Below, one piece after another: positions 14,101-27,138 of a stretch of DNA of 64,000 nt (the first letter of the stretch is position 1; each line of letters opens with the position of its first letter). A program made the position numbers and the translations under genes. The stretch lies in assembly GCA_951406725.2 (NCBI GenBank), contig OX597835.1, positions 37,758,001-37,822,000 of the forward strand. Reading direction: 5' to 3'. Below the pieces are notes generated by a model that saw nothing but the letters and a program-made list of their open reading frames with translations, searched no databases and was not told the DNA's origin. The DNA is from Octopus vulgaris. Taxonomy: Eukaryota.

Positions 14101-17100
14101 TCGTTTAGACTTGTCTCCAGGTTCATAGCCACTCTGATTTTTCAATTTTTCGTTTAGTATTGTCTCCCGATTCATACTAACCCATTTGCTAGCTCACGAT
14201 TAACAGAACCTCTTTACTCAGCTACGGTGTTATATTAGCTATCAATAATGATATTCCCTCTGATTTTTCTGATTTTCAAACCTATTTATCTAATGTTTAT
14301 TTATCGACAATGCCGTCCCCAGTCAAATTCCCTCACACCGCTTATTGTCACGTGTCCCTTGACCTCTCTCTCTAACTAACCCTATCTCTCTCTCGCTATG
14401 TTCCCCCCTTCCCATAACCATCATCGCCATGGTCCTCTATGCCCCCCCCCCTCCCCAAAACCATCATCGCCATACATAAAAGAGCGATCGCATTTATCGT
14501 TAACCCCACTCGCTTCAAAATATCTAAAGAATACGCACAGATCATGAATGGCTAAAAGTTAAGTGAATCGTTCAACCTCGCTACGACTACCTTCTTTCTT
14601 GCACTTATCCTTACTCTTTCTCTATTCTTCAATTTCCATCTCATTGTATTGTCCCTCATTCTTTCAGTATTCCCTCATTACCCTGTCTAGCTCAAACATT
14701 TTTTTTCGTTTAGACTTGTCTCCAGGTTCATAGCCACTCTGATTTTTCAATTTTTCGTTCAGTATTGTCTCCCGATTCATACTAACCCATTTGCTAGCTC
14801 ACGATTAACAGAACCTCTTTACTCAGCTACGGTGTTATATTAGCTATCAATAATGATATTCCCTCTGATTTTTCTGATTTTCAAACCTATTTATCTAATG
14901 TTTATTTATCGACAATGCCGTCCCCAGTCAAATTCCCTCACACCGCTTATTGTCACGTGTCCCTTGACCTCTCTCTCTAACTAACCCTATCTCTCTCTCG
15001 CTATGTTCCCCCTTCCCATAACCATCATCGCCATGGTCCTCTATGCCCCCCCCACTCCCCAAAACCATCATCGCCATACATAAAAGAGCGATCGCATTTA
15101 TCGTTAACCCCACTCGCTTCAAAATATCTAAAGAATACGCACAGATCATGAATGGCTAAAAGTTAAGTGAATCGTTCAACCTCGCTACGACTACCTTCTT
15201 TCTTGCACTTATCCTTACTCTTTCTCTATTCTTCAATTTCCATCTCATTGTATTGTCCCTCATTCTTTCAGTATTCCCTCATTACCCTGTCTAGCTCAAA
15301 CATTTTTTTCGTTTAGACTTGTCTCCAGGTTCATAGCCACTCTGATTTTTCAATTTTTCGTTTAGTATTGTCTCCCGATTCATACTAACCCATTTGCTAG
15401 CTCACGATTAACAGAACCTCTTTACTCAGCTACGGTGTTATATTAGCTATCAATAATGATATTCCCTCTGATTTTTCTGATTTTCAAACCTATTTATCTA
15501 ATGTTTATTTATCGACAATGCCGTCCCCAGTCAAATTCCCTCACACCGCTTATTGTCACGTGTCCCTTGACCTCTCTCTCTAACTAACCCTATCTCTCTC
15601 TCGCTATGTTCCCCCCTTCCCATAACCATCATCGCCATGGTCCTCTATGCCCCCCCACTCCCCAAAACCATCATCGCCATACATAAAAGAGCGATCGCAT
15701 TTATCGTTAACCCCACTCGCTTCAAAATATCTAAAGAATACGCACAGATCATGAATGGCTAAAAGTTAAGTGAATCGTTCAACCTCGCTACGACTACCTT
15801 CTTTCTTGCACTTATCCTTACTCTTTCTCTATTCTTCAATTTCCATCTCATTGTATTGTCCCTCATTCTTTCAGTATTCCCTCATTACCCTGTCTAGCTC
15901 AAACATTTTTTTTCGTTTAGACTTGTCTCCAGGTTCATAGCCACTCTGATTTTTCAATTTTTCGTTCAGTATTGTCTCCCGATTCATACTAACCCATTTG
16001 CTAGCTCACGATTAACAGAACCTCTTTACTCAGCTACGGTGTTATATTAGCTATCAATAATGATATTCCCTCTGATTTTTCTGATTTTCAAACCTATTTA
16101 TCTAATGTTTATTTATCGACAATGCCGTCCCCAGTCAAATTCCCTCACACCGCTTATTGTCACGTGTCCCTTGACCTCTCTCTCTAACTAACCCTATCTC
16201 TCTCTCGCTATGTTCCCCCCTTCCCATAACCATCATCGCCATGGTCCTCTATGCCCCCCCCCACTCCCCAAAACCATCATCGCCATACATAAAAGAGCGA
16301 TCGCATTTATCGTTAACCCCACTCGCTTCAAAATATCTAAAGTATACGCACAGATCATGAATGGCTAAAAGTTAAGTGAATCGTTCAACCTCGCTACGAC
16401 TACCTTCTTTCTTGCACTTATCCTTACTCTTTCTCTATTCTTCAATTTCCATCTCATTGTATTGTCCCTCATTCTTTCAGTATTCCCTCATTACCCTGTC
16501 TAGCTCAAACATTTTTTTCGTTTAGACTTGTCTCCAGGTTCATAGCCACTCTGATTTTTCAATTTTTCGTTTAGTATTGTCTCCCGATTCATACTAACCC
16601 ATTTGCTAGCTCACGATTAACAGAACCTCTTTACTCAGCTACGGTGTTATATTAGCTATCAATAATGATATTCCCTCTGATTTTTCTGATTTTCAAACCT
16701 ATTTATCTAATGTTTATTTATCGACAATGCCGTCCCCAGTCAAATTCCCTCACACCGCTTATTGTCACGTGTCCCTTGACCTCTCTCTCTAACTAACCCT
16801 ATCTCTCTCTCGCTATGTTCCCCCCTTCCCATAACCATCATCGCCATGGTCCTCTATGCCCCCCCCCCCACTCCCCAAAACCATCATCGCCATACATAAA
16901 AGAGCGATCGCATTTATCGTTAACCCCACTCGCTTCAAAATATCTAAAGTATACGCACAGATCATGAATGGCTAAAAGTTAAGTGAATCGTTCAACCTCG
17001 CTACGACTACCTTCTTTCTTGCACTTATCCTTACTCTTTCTCTATTCTTCAATTTCCATCTCATTGTATTGTCCCTCATTCTTTCAGTATTCCCTCATTA

Positions 17101-20100
17101 CCCTGTCTAGCTCAAACATTTTTTTTCGTTTAGACTTGTCTCCAGGTTCATAGCCACTCTGATTTTTCAATTTTTCGTTCAGTATTGTCTCCCGATTCAT
17201 ACTAACCCATTTGCTAGCTCACGATTAACAGAACCTCTTTACTCAGCTACGGTGTTATATTAGCTATCAATAATGATATTCCCTCTGATTTTTCTGATTT
17301 TCAAACCTATTTATCTAATGTTTATTTATCGACAATGCCGTCCCCAGTCAAATTCCCTCACACCGCTTATTGTCACGTGTCCCTTGACCTCTCTCTCTAA
17401 CTAACCCTATCTCTCTCTCGCTATGTTCCCCCCCTTCCCATAACCATCATCGCCATGGTCCTCTATGCCCCCCCCACTCCCCAAAACCATCATCGCCATA
17501 CATAAAAGAGCGATCGCATTTATCGTTAACCCCACTCGCTTCAAAATATCTAAAGTATACGCACAGATCATGAATGGCTAAAAGTTAAGTGAATCGTTCA
17601 ACCTCGCTACGACTACCTTCTTTCTTGCACTTATCCTTACTCTTTCTCTATTCTTCAATTTCCATCTCATTGTATTGTCCCTCATTCTTTCAGTATTCCC
17701 TCATTACCCTGTCTAGCTCAAACATTTTTTTCGTTTAGACTTGTCTCCAGGTTCATAGCCACTCTGATTTTTCAATTTTTCGTTTAGTATTGTCTCCCGA
17801 TTCATACTAACCCATTTGCTAGCTCACGATTAACAGAACCTCTTTACTCAGCTACGGTGTTATATTAGCTATCAATAATGATATTCCCTCTGATTTTTCT
17901 GATTTTCAAACCTATTTATCTAATGTTTATTTATCGACAATGCCGTCCCCAGTCAAATTCCCTCACACCGCTTATTGTCACGTGTCCCTTGACCTCTCTC
18001 TCTAACTAACCCTATCTCTCTCTCGCTATGTTCCCCCCTTCCCATAACCATCATCGCCATGGTCCTCTATGCCCCCCCCCACTCCCCAAAACCATCATCG
18101 CCATACATAAAAGAGCGATCGCATTTATCGTTAACCCCACTCGCTTCAAAATATCTAAAGAATACGCACAGATCATGAATGGCTAAAAGTTAAGTGAATC
18201 GTTCAACCTCGCTACGACTACCTTCTTTCTTGCACTTATCCTTACTCTTTCTCTATTCTTCAATTTCCATCTCATTGTATTGTCCCTCATTCTTTCAGTA
18301 TTCCCTCATTACCCTGTCTAGCTCAAACATTTTTTTTCGTTTAGACTTGTCTCCAGGTTCATAGCCACTCTGATTTTTCAATTTTTCGTTCAGTATTGTC
18401 TCCCGATTCATACTAACCCATTTGCTAGCTCACGATTAACAGAACCTCTTTACTCAGCTACGGTGTTATATTAGCTATCAATAATGATATTCCCTCTGAT
18501 TTTTCTGATTTTCAAACCTATTTATCTAATGTTTATTTATCGACAATGCCGTCCCCAGTCAAATTCCCTCACACCGCTTATTGTCACGTGTCCCTTGACC
18601 TCTCTCTCTAACTAACCCTATCTCTCTCTCGCTATGTTCCCCCCTTCCCATAACCATCATCGCCATGGTCCTCTATGCCCCCCCCCCCACTCCCCAAAAC
18701 CATCATCGCCATACATAAAAGAGCGATCGCATTTATCGTTAACCCCACTCGCTTCAAAATATCTAAAGTATACGCACAGATCATGAATGGCTAAAAGTTA
18801 AGTGAATCGTTCAACCTCGCTACGACTACCTTCTTTCTTGCACTTATCCTTACTCTTTCTCTATTCTTCAATTTCCATCTCATTGTATTGTCCCTCATTC
18901 TTTCAGTATTCCCTCATTACCCTGTCTAGCTCAAACATTTTTTTCGTTTAGACTTGTCTCCAGGTTCATAGCCACTCTGATTTTTCAATTTTTCGTTTAG
19001 TATTGTCTCCCGATTCATACTAACCCATTTGCTAGCTCACGATTAACAGAACCTCTTTACTCAGCTACGGTGTTATATTAGCTATCAATAATGATATTCC
19101 CTCTGATTTTTCTGATTTTCAAACCTATTTATCTAATGTTTATTTATCGACAATGCCGTCCCCAGTCAAATTCCCTCACACCGCTTATTGTCACGTGTCC
19201 CTTGACCTCTCTCTCTAACTAACCCTATCTCTCTCTCGCTATGTTCCCCCTTCCCATAACCATCATCGCCATGGTCCTCTATGCCCCCCCCCCCACTCCC
19301 CAAAACCATCATCGCCATACATAAAAGAGCGATCGCATTTATCGTTAACCCCACTCGCTTCAAAATATCTAAAGAATACGCACAGATCATGAATGGCTAA
19401 AAGTTAAGTGAATCGTTCAACCTCGCTACGACTACCTTCTTTCTTGCACTTATCCTTACTCTTTCTCTATTCTTCAATTTCCATCTCATTGTATTGTCCC
19501 TCATTCTTTCAGTATTCCCTCATTACCCTGTCTAGCTCAAACATTTTTTTTTTTTTTTTTTTCGTTTAGACTTGTCTCCAGGTTCATAGCCACTCTGATT
19601 TTTCAATTTTTCGTTTAGTATTGTCTCCCGATTCATACTAACCCATTTGCTAGCTCACGATTAACAGAACCTCTTTACTCAGCTACGGTGTTATATTAGC
19701 TATCAATAATGATATTCCCTCTGATTTTTCTGATTTTCAAACCTATTTATCTAATGTTTATTTATCGACAATGCCGTCCCCAGTCAAATTCCCTCACACC
19801 GCTTATTGTCACGTGTCCCTTGACCTCTCTCTCTAACTAACCCTATCTCTCTCTCGCTATGTTCCCCCCTTCCCATAACCATCATCGCCATGGTCCTCTA
19901 TGCCCCCCCCCACTCCCCAAAACCATCATCGCCATACATAAAAGAGCGATCGCATTTATCGTTAACCCCACTCGCTTCAAAATATCTAAAGTATACGCAC
20001 AGATCATGAATGGCTAAAAGTTAAGTGAATCGTTCAACCTCGCTACGACTACCTTCTTTCTTGCACTTATCCTTACTCTTTCTCTATTCTTCAATTTCCA

Positions 20101-23100
20101 TCTCATTGTATTGTCCCTCATTCTTTCAGTATTCCCTCATTACCCTGTCTAGCTCAAACATTTTTTTTCGTTTAGACTTGTCTCCAGGTTCATAGCCACT
20201 CTGATTTTTCAATTTTTCGTTCAGTATTGTCTCCCGATTCATACTAACCCATTTGCTAGCTCACGATTAACAGAACCTCTTTACTCAGCTACGGTGTTAT
20301 ATTAGCTATCAATAATGATATTCCCTCTGATTTTTCTGATTTTCAAACCTATTTATCTAATGTTTATTTATCGACAATGCCGTCCCCAGTCAAATTCCCT
20401 CACACCGCTTATTGTCACGTGTCCCTTGACCTCTCTCTCTAACTAACCCTATCTCTCTCTCGCTATGTTCCCCCCTTCCCATAACCATCATCGCCATGGT
20501 CCTCTATGCCCCCCCCCACTCCCCAAAACCATCATCGCCATACATAAAAGAGCGATCGCATTTATCGTTAACCCCACTCGCTTCAAAATATCTAAAGAAT
20601 ACGCACAGATCATGAATGGCTAAAAGTTAAGTGAATCGTTCAACCTCGCTACGACTACCTTCTTTCTTGCACTTATCCTTACTCTTTCTCTATTCTTCAA
20701 TTTCCATCTCATTGTATTGTCCCTCATTCTTTCAGTATTCCCTCATTACCCTGTCTAGCTCAAACATTTTTTTCGTTTAGACTTGTCTCCAGGTTCATAG
20801 CCACTCTGATTTTTCAATTTTTCGTTTAGTATTGTCTCCCGATTCATACTAACCCATTTGCTAGCTCACGATTAACAGAACCTCTTTACTCAGCTACGGT
20901 GTTATATTAGCTATCAATAATGATATTCCCTCTGATTTTTCTGATTTTCAAACCTATTTATCTAATGTTTATTTATCGACAATGCCGTCCCCAGTCAAAT
21001 TCCCTCACACCGCTTATTGTCACGTGTCCCTTGACCTCTCTCTCTAACTAACCCTATCTCTCTCTCGCTATGTTCCCCCCTTCCCATAACCATCATCGCC
21101 ATGGTCCTCTATGCCCCCCCCCCCACTCCCCAAAACCATCATCGCCATACATAAAAGAGCGATCGCATTTATCGTTAACCCCACTCGCTTCAAAATATCT
21201 AAAGAATACGCACAGATCATGAATGGCTAAAAGTTAAGTGAATCGTTCAACCTCGCTACGACTACCTTCTTTCTTGCACTTATCCTTACTCTTTCTCTAT
21301 TCTTCAATTTCCATCTCATTGTATTGTCCCTCATTCTTTCAGTATTCCCTCATTACCCTGTCTAGCTCAAACATTTTTTTTCGTTTAGACTTGTCTCCAG
21401 GTTCATAGCCACTCTGATTTTTCAATTTTTCGTTCAGTATTGTCTCCCGATTCATACTAACCCATTTGCTAGCTCACGATTAACAGAACCTCTTTACTCA
21501 GCTACGGTGTTATATTAGCTATCAATAATGATATTCCCTCTGATTTTTCTGATTTTCAAACCTATTTATCTAATGTTTATTTATCGACAATGCCGTCCCC
21601 AGTCAAATTCCCTCACACCGCTTATTGTCACGTGTCCCTTGACCTCTCTCTCTAACTAACCCTATCTCTCTCTCGCTATGTTCCCCCCTTCCCATAACCA
21701 TCATCGCCATGGTCCTCTATGCCCCCCCCCCACTCCCCAAAACCATCATCGCCATACATAAAAGAGCGATCGCATTTATCGTTAACCCCACTCGCTTCAA
21801 AATATCTAAAGAATACGCACAGATCATGAATGGCTAAAAGTTAAGTGAATCGTTCAACCTCGCTACGACTACCTTCTTTCTTGCACTTATCCTTACTCTT
21901 TCTCTATTCTTCAATTTCCATCTCATTGTATTGTCCCTCATTCTTTCAGTATTCCCTCATTACCCTGTCTAGCTCAAACATTTTTTTCGTTTAGACTTGT
22001 CTCCAGGTTCATAGCCACTCTGATTTTTCAATTTTTCGTTTAGTATTGTCTCCCGATTCATACTAACCCATTTGCTAGCTCACGATTAACAGAACCTCTT
22101 TACTCAGCTACGGTGTTATATTAGCTATCAATAATGATATTCCCTCTGATTTTTCTGATTTTCAAACCTATTTATCTAATGTTTATTTATCGACAATGCC
22201 GTCCCCAGTCAAATTCCCTCACACCGCTTATTGTCACGTGTCCCTTGACCTCTCTCTCTAACTAACCCTATCTCTCTCTCGCTATGTTCCCCCCTTCCCA
22301 TAACCATCATCGCCATGGTCCTCTATGCCCCCCCCCACTCCCCAAAACCATCATCGCCATACATAAAGAGCGATCGCATTTATCGTTAACCCCACTCGCT
22401 TCAAAATATCTAAAGAATACGCACAGATCATGAATGGCTAAAAGTTAAGTGAATCGTTCAACCTCGCTACGACTACCTTCTTTCTTGCACTTATCCTTAC
22501 TCTTTCTCTATTCTTCAATTTCCATCTCATTGTATTGTCCCTCATTCTTTCAGTATTCCCTCATTACCCTGTCTAGCTCAAACATTTTTTTTTTCGTTTA
22601 GACTTGTCTCCAGGTTCATAGCCACTCTGATTTTTCAATTTTTCGTTTAGTATTGTCTCCCGATTCATACTAACCCATTTGCTAGCTCACGATTAACAGA
22701 ACCTCTTTACTCAGCTACGGTGTTATATTAGCTATCAATAATGATATTCCCTCTGATTTTTCTGATTTTCAAACCTATTTATCTAATGTTTATTTATCGA
22801 CAATGCCGTCCCCAGTCAAATTCCCTCACACCGCTTATTGTCACGTGTCCCTTGACCTCTCTCTCTAACTAACCCTATCTCTCTCTCGCTATGTTCCCCC
22901 CTTCCCATAACCATCATCGCCATGGTCCTCTATGCCCCCCCCACTCCCCAAAACCATCATCGCCATACATAAAAGAGCGATCGCATTTATCGTTAACCCC
23001 ACTCGCTTCAAAATATCTAAAGAATACGCACAGATCATGAATGGCTAAAAGTTAAGTGAATCGTTCAACCTCGCTACGACTACCTTCTTTCTTGCACTTA

Positions 23101-26100
23101 TCCTTACTCTTTCTCTATTCTTCAATTTCCATCTCATTGTATTGTCCCTCATTCTTTCAGTATTCCCTCATTACCCTGTCTAGCTCAAACATTTTTTTTC
23201 GTTTAGACTTGTCTCCAGGTTCATAGCCACTCTGATTTTTCAATTTTTCGTTTAGTATTGTCTCCCGATTCATACTAACCCATTTGCTAGCTCACGATTA
23301 ACAGAACCTCTTTACTCAGCTACGGTGTTATATTAGCTATCAATAATGATATTCCCTCTGATTTTTCTGATTTTCAAACCTATTTATCTAATGTTTATTT
23401 ATCGACAATGCCGTCCCCAGTCAAATTCCCTCACACCGCTTATTGTCACGTGTCCCTTGACCTCTCTCTCTAACTAACCCTATCTCTCTCTCGCTATGTT
23501 CCCCCCTTCCCATAACCATCATCGCCATGGTCCTCTATGCCCCCCCACTCCCCAAAACCATCATCGCCATACATAAAAGAGCGATCGCATTTATCGTTAA
23601 CCCCACTCGCTTCAAAATATCTAAAGAATACGCACAGATCATGAATGGCTAAAAGTTAAGTGAATCGTTCAACCTCGCTACGACTACCTTCTTTCTTGCA
23701 CTTATCCTTACTCTTTCTCTATTCTTCAATTTCCATCTCATTGTATTGTCCCTCATTCTTTCAGTATTCCCTCATTACCCTGTCTAGCTCAAACATTTTT
23801 TTCGTTTAGACTTGTCTCCAGGTTCATAGCCACTCTGATTTTTCAATTTTTCGTTTAGTATTGTCTCCCGATTCATACTAACCCATTTGCTAGCTCACGA
23901 TTAACAGAACCTCTTTACTCAGCTACGGTGTTATATTAGCTATCAATAATGATATTCCCTCTGATTTTTCTGATTTTCAAACCTATTTATCTAATGTTTA
24001 TTTATCGACAATGCCGTCCCCAGTCAAATTCCCTCACACCGCTTATTGTCACGTGTCCCTTGACCTCTCTCTCTAACTAACCCTATCTCTCTCTCGCTAT
24101 GTTCCCCCCTTCCCATAACCATCATCGCCATGGTCCTCTATGCCCCCCCCCACTCCCCAAAACCATCATCGCCATACATAAAAGAGCGATCGCATTTATC
24201 GTTAACCCCACTCGCTTCAAAATATCTAAAGAATACGCACAGATCATGAATGGCTAAAAGTTAAGTGAATCGTTCAACCTCGCTACGACTACCTTCTTTC
24301 TTGCACTTATCCTTACTCTTTCTCTATTCTTCAATTTCCATCTCATTGTATTGTCCCTCATTCTTTCAGTATTCCCTCATTACCCTGTCTAGCTCAAACA
24401 TTTTTTTTCGTTTAGACTTGTCTCCAGGTTCATAGCCACTCTGATTTTTCAATTTTTCGTTCAGTATTGTCTCCCGATTCATACTAACCCATTTGCTAGC
24501 TCACGATTAACAGAACCTCTTTACTCAGCTACGGTGTTATATTAGCTATCAATAATGATATTCCCTCTGATTTTTCTGATTTTCAAACCTATTTATCTAA
24601 TGTTTATTTATCGACAATGCCGTCCCCAGTCAAATTCCCTCACACCGCTTATTGTCACGTGTCCCTTGACCTCTCTCTCTAACTAACCCTATCTCTCTCT
24701 CGCTATGTTCCCCCCTTCCCATAACCATCATCGCCATGGTCCTCTATGCCCCCCCCACTCCCCAAAACCATCATCGCCATACATAAAAGAGCGATCGCAT
24801 TTATCGTTAACCCCACTCGCTTCAAAATATCTAAAGTATACGCACAGATCATGAATGGCTAAAAGTTAAGTGAATCGTTCAACCTCGCTACGACTACCTT
24901 CTTTCTTGCACTTATCCTTACTCTTTCTCTATTCTTCAATTTCCATCTCATTGTATTGTCCCTCATTCTTTCAGTATTCCCTCATTACCCTGTCTAGCTC
25001 AAACATTTTTTTTCGTTTAGACTTGTCTCCAGGTTCATAGCCACTCTGATTTTTCAATTTTTCGTTTAGTATTGTCTCCCGATTCATACTAACCCATTTG
25101 CTAGCTCACGATTAACAGAACCTCTTTACTCAGCTACGGTGTTATATTAGCTATCAATAATGATATTCCCTCTGATTTTTCTGATTTTCAAACCTATTTA
25201 TCTAATGTTTATTTATCGACAATGCCGTCCCCAGTCAAATTCCCTCACACCGCTTATTGTCACGTGTCCCTTGACCTCTCTCTCTAACTAACCCTATCTC
25301 TCTCTCGCTATGTTCCCCCCTTCCCATAACCATCATCGCCATGGTCCTCTATGCCCCCCCCACTCCCCAAAACCATCATCGCCATACATAAAAGAGCGAT
25401 CGCATTTATCGTTAACCCCACTCGCTTCAAAATATCTAAAGAATACGCACAGATCATGAATGGCTAAAAGTTAAGTGAATCGTTCAACCTCGCTACGACT
25501 ACCTTCTTTCTTGCACTTATCCTTACTCTTTCTCTATTCTTCAATTTCCATCTCATTGTATTGTCCCTCATTCTTTCAGTATTCCCTCATTACCCTGTCT
25601 AGCTCAAACATTTTTTTTTTTTTTTTCGTTTAGACTTGTCTCCAGGTTCATAGCCACTCTGATTTTTCAATTTTTCGTTTAGTATTGTCTCCCGATTCAT
25701 ACTAACCCATTTGCTAGCTCACGATTAACAGAACCTCTTTACTCAGCTACGGTGTTATATTAGCTATCAATAATGATATTCCCTCTGATTTTTCTGATTT
25801 TCAAACCTATTTATCTAATGTTTATTTATCGACAATGCCGTCCCCAGTCAAATTCCCTCACACCGCTTATTGTCACGTGTCCCTTGACCTCTCTCTCTAA
25901 CTAACCCTATCTCTCTCTCGCTATGTTCCCCCCTTCCCATAACCATCATCGCCATGGTCCTCTATGCCCCCCCCCACTCCCCAAAACCATCATCGCCATA
26001 CATAAAAGAGCGATCGCATTTATCGTTAACCCCACTCGCTTCAAAATATCTAAAGTATACGCACAGATCATGAATGGCTAAAAGTTAAGTGAATCGTTCA

Positions 26101-26966
26101 ACCTCGCTACGACTACCTTCTTTCTTGCACTTATCCTTACTCTTTCTCTATTCTTCAATTTCCATCTCATTGTATTGTCCCTCATTCTTTCAGTATTCCC
26201 TCATTACCCTGTCTAGCTCAAACATTTTTTTTCGTTTAGACTTGTCTCCAGGTTCATAGCCACTCTGATTTTTCAATTTTTCGTTCAGTATTGTCTCCCG
26301 ATTCATACTAACCCATTTGCTAGCTCACGATTAACAGAACCTCTTTACTCAGCTACGGTGTTATATTAGCTATCAATAATGATATTCCCTCTGATTTTTC
26401 TGATTTTCAAACCTATTTATCTAATGTTTATTTATCGACAATGCCGTCCCCAGTCAAATTCCCTCACACCGCTTATTGTCACGTGTCCCTTGACCTCTCT
26501 CTCTAACTAACCCTATCTCTCTCTCGCTATGTTCCCCCCTTCCCATAACCATCATCGCCATGGTCCTCTATGCCCCCCCCCCACTCCCCAAAACCATCAT
26601 CGCCATACATAAAAGAGCGATCGCATTTATCGTTAACCCCACTCGCTTCAAAATATCTAAAGTATACGCACAGATCATGAATGGCTAAAAGTTAAGTGAA
26701 TCGTTCAACCTCGCTACGACTACCTTCTTTCTTGCACTTATCCTTACTCTTTCTCTATTCTTCAATTTCCATCTCATTGTATTGTCCCTCATTCTTTCAG
26801 TATTCCCTCATTACCCTGTCTAGCTCAAACATTTTTTTCGTTTAGACTTGTCTCCAGGTTCATAGCCACTCTGATTTTTCAATTTTTCGTTTAGTATTGT
26901 CTCCCGATTCATACTAACCCATTTGCTAGCTCACGATTAACAGAACCTCTTTACTCAGCTACGGTG
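2172..26966 (+). repeat. Tandem array of 41 near-identical ~605 bp units attached to the 5' end of the RTE LINE
   Basis: Marker ATCGACAATGCCGTCCCC recurs at 2174, 2777, 3384, 3988 ... 25828, 26434. Units differ almost only in homopolymer lengths and two SNPs. The last unit ends at ...CAGCTACGGTG and runs into the unique LINE leader. Confidence 0.98.
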
Positions 26967-26968
26967 CA

Positions 26969-27081
26969 CCCGCCCTCCCACCCCCACCACGCATGCCGGA
27001 AGTTCCTATTCTCTTCCATTCCGGGGTTGCTTCCCATGAAGACTGCAAATGCTCTCACCATCCCTACCCCTCCCTACCCCT
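26969..27081 (-). promoter_or_regulatory. Two G-quadruplex-type motifs and a GC box in the LINE leader
   Basis: Plus strand CCCGCCCTCCCACCCCC (26969-26985) and CCCTACCCCTCCCTACCCC (27062-27080) each give four G-tracts with 1-2 nt loops on the minus strand. Function unproven. Confidence 0.45.
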
Positions 27082-27138
27082 AGTCTCGACCTATGTAAGG
27101 TAATGTTCATACAGTGCAAAATATGAAAGGCTAGCGTT

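Noticed and set aside
14928-19390. 73-74 aa minus-strand ORFs in two array units
   Set aside because: Open only where homopolymer lengths happen to restore the frame (2 of 41 units); no recognisable domain.
2172-26966. Array as a CRISPR, rDNA/5S/snRNA/histone cluster, or hammerhead retrozyme satellite
   Set aside because: No unique spacers, no recognisable RNA gene or coding motif, and no CUGANGA core found on either strand of the monomer.
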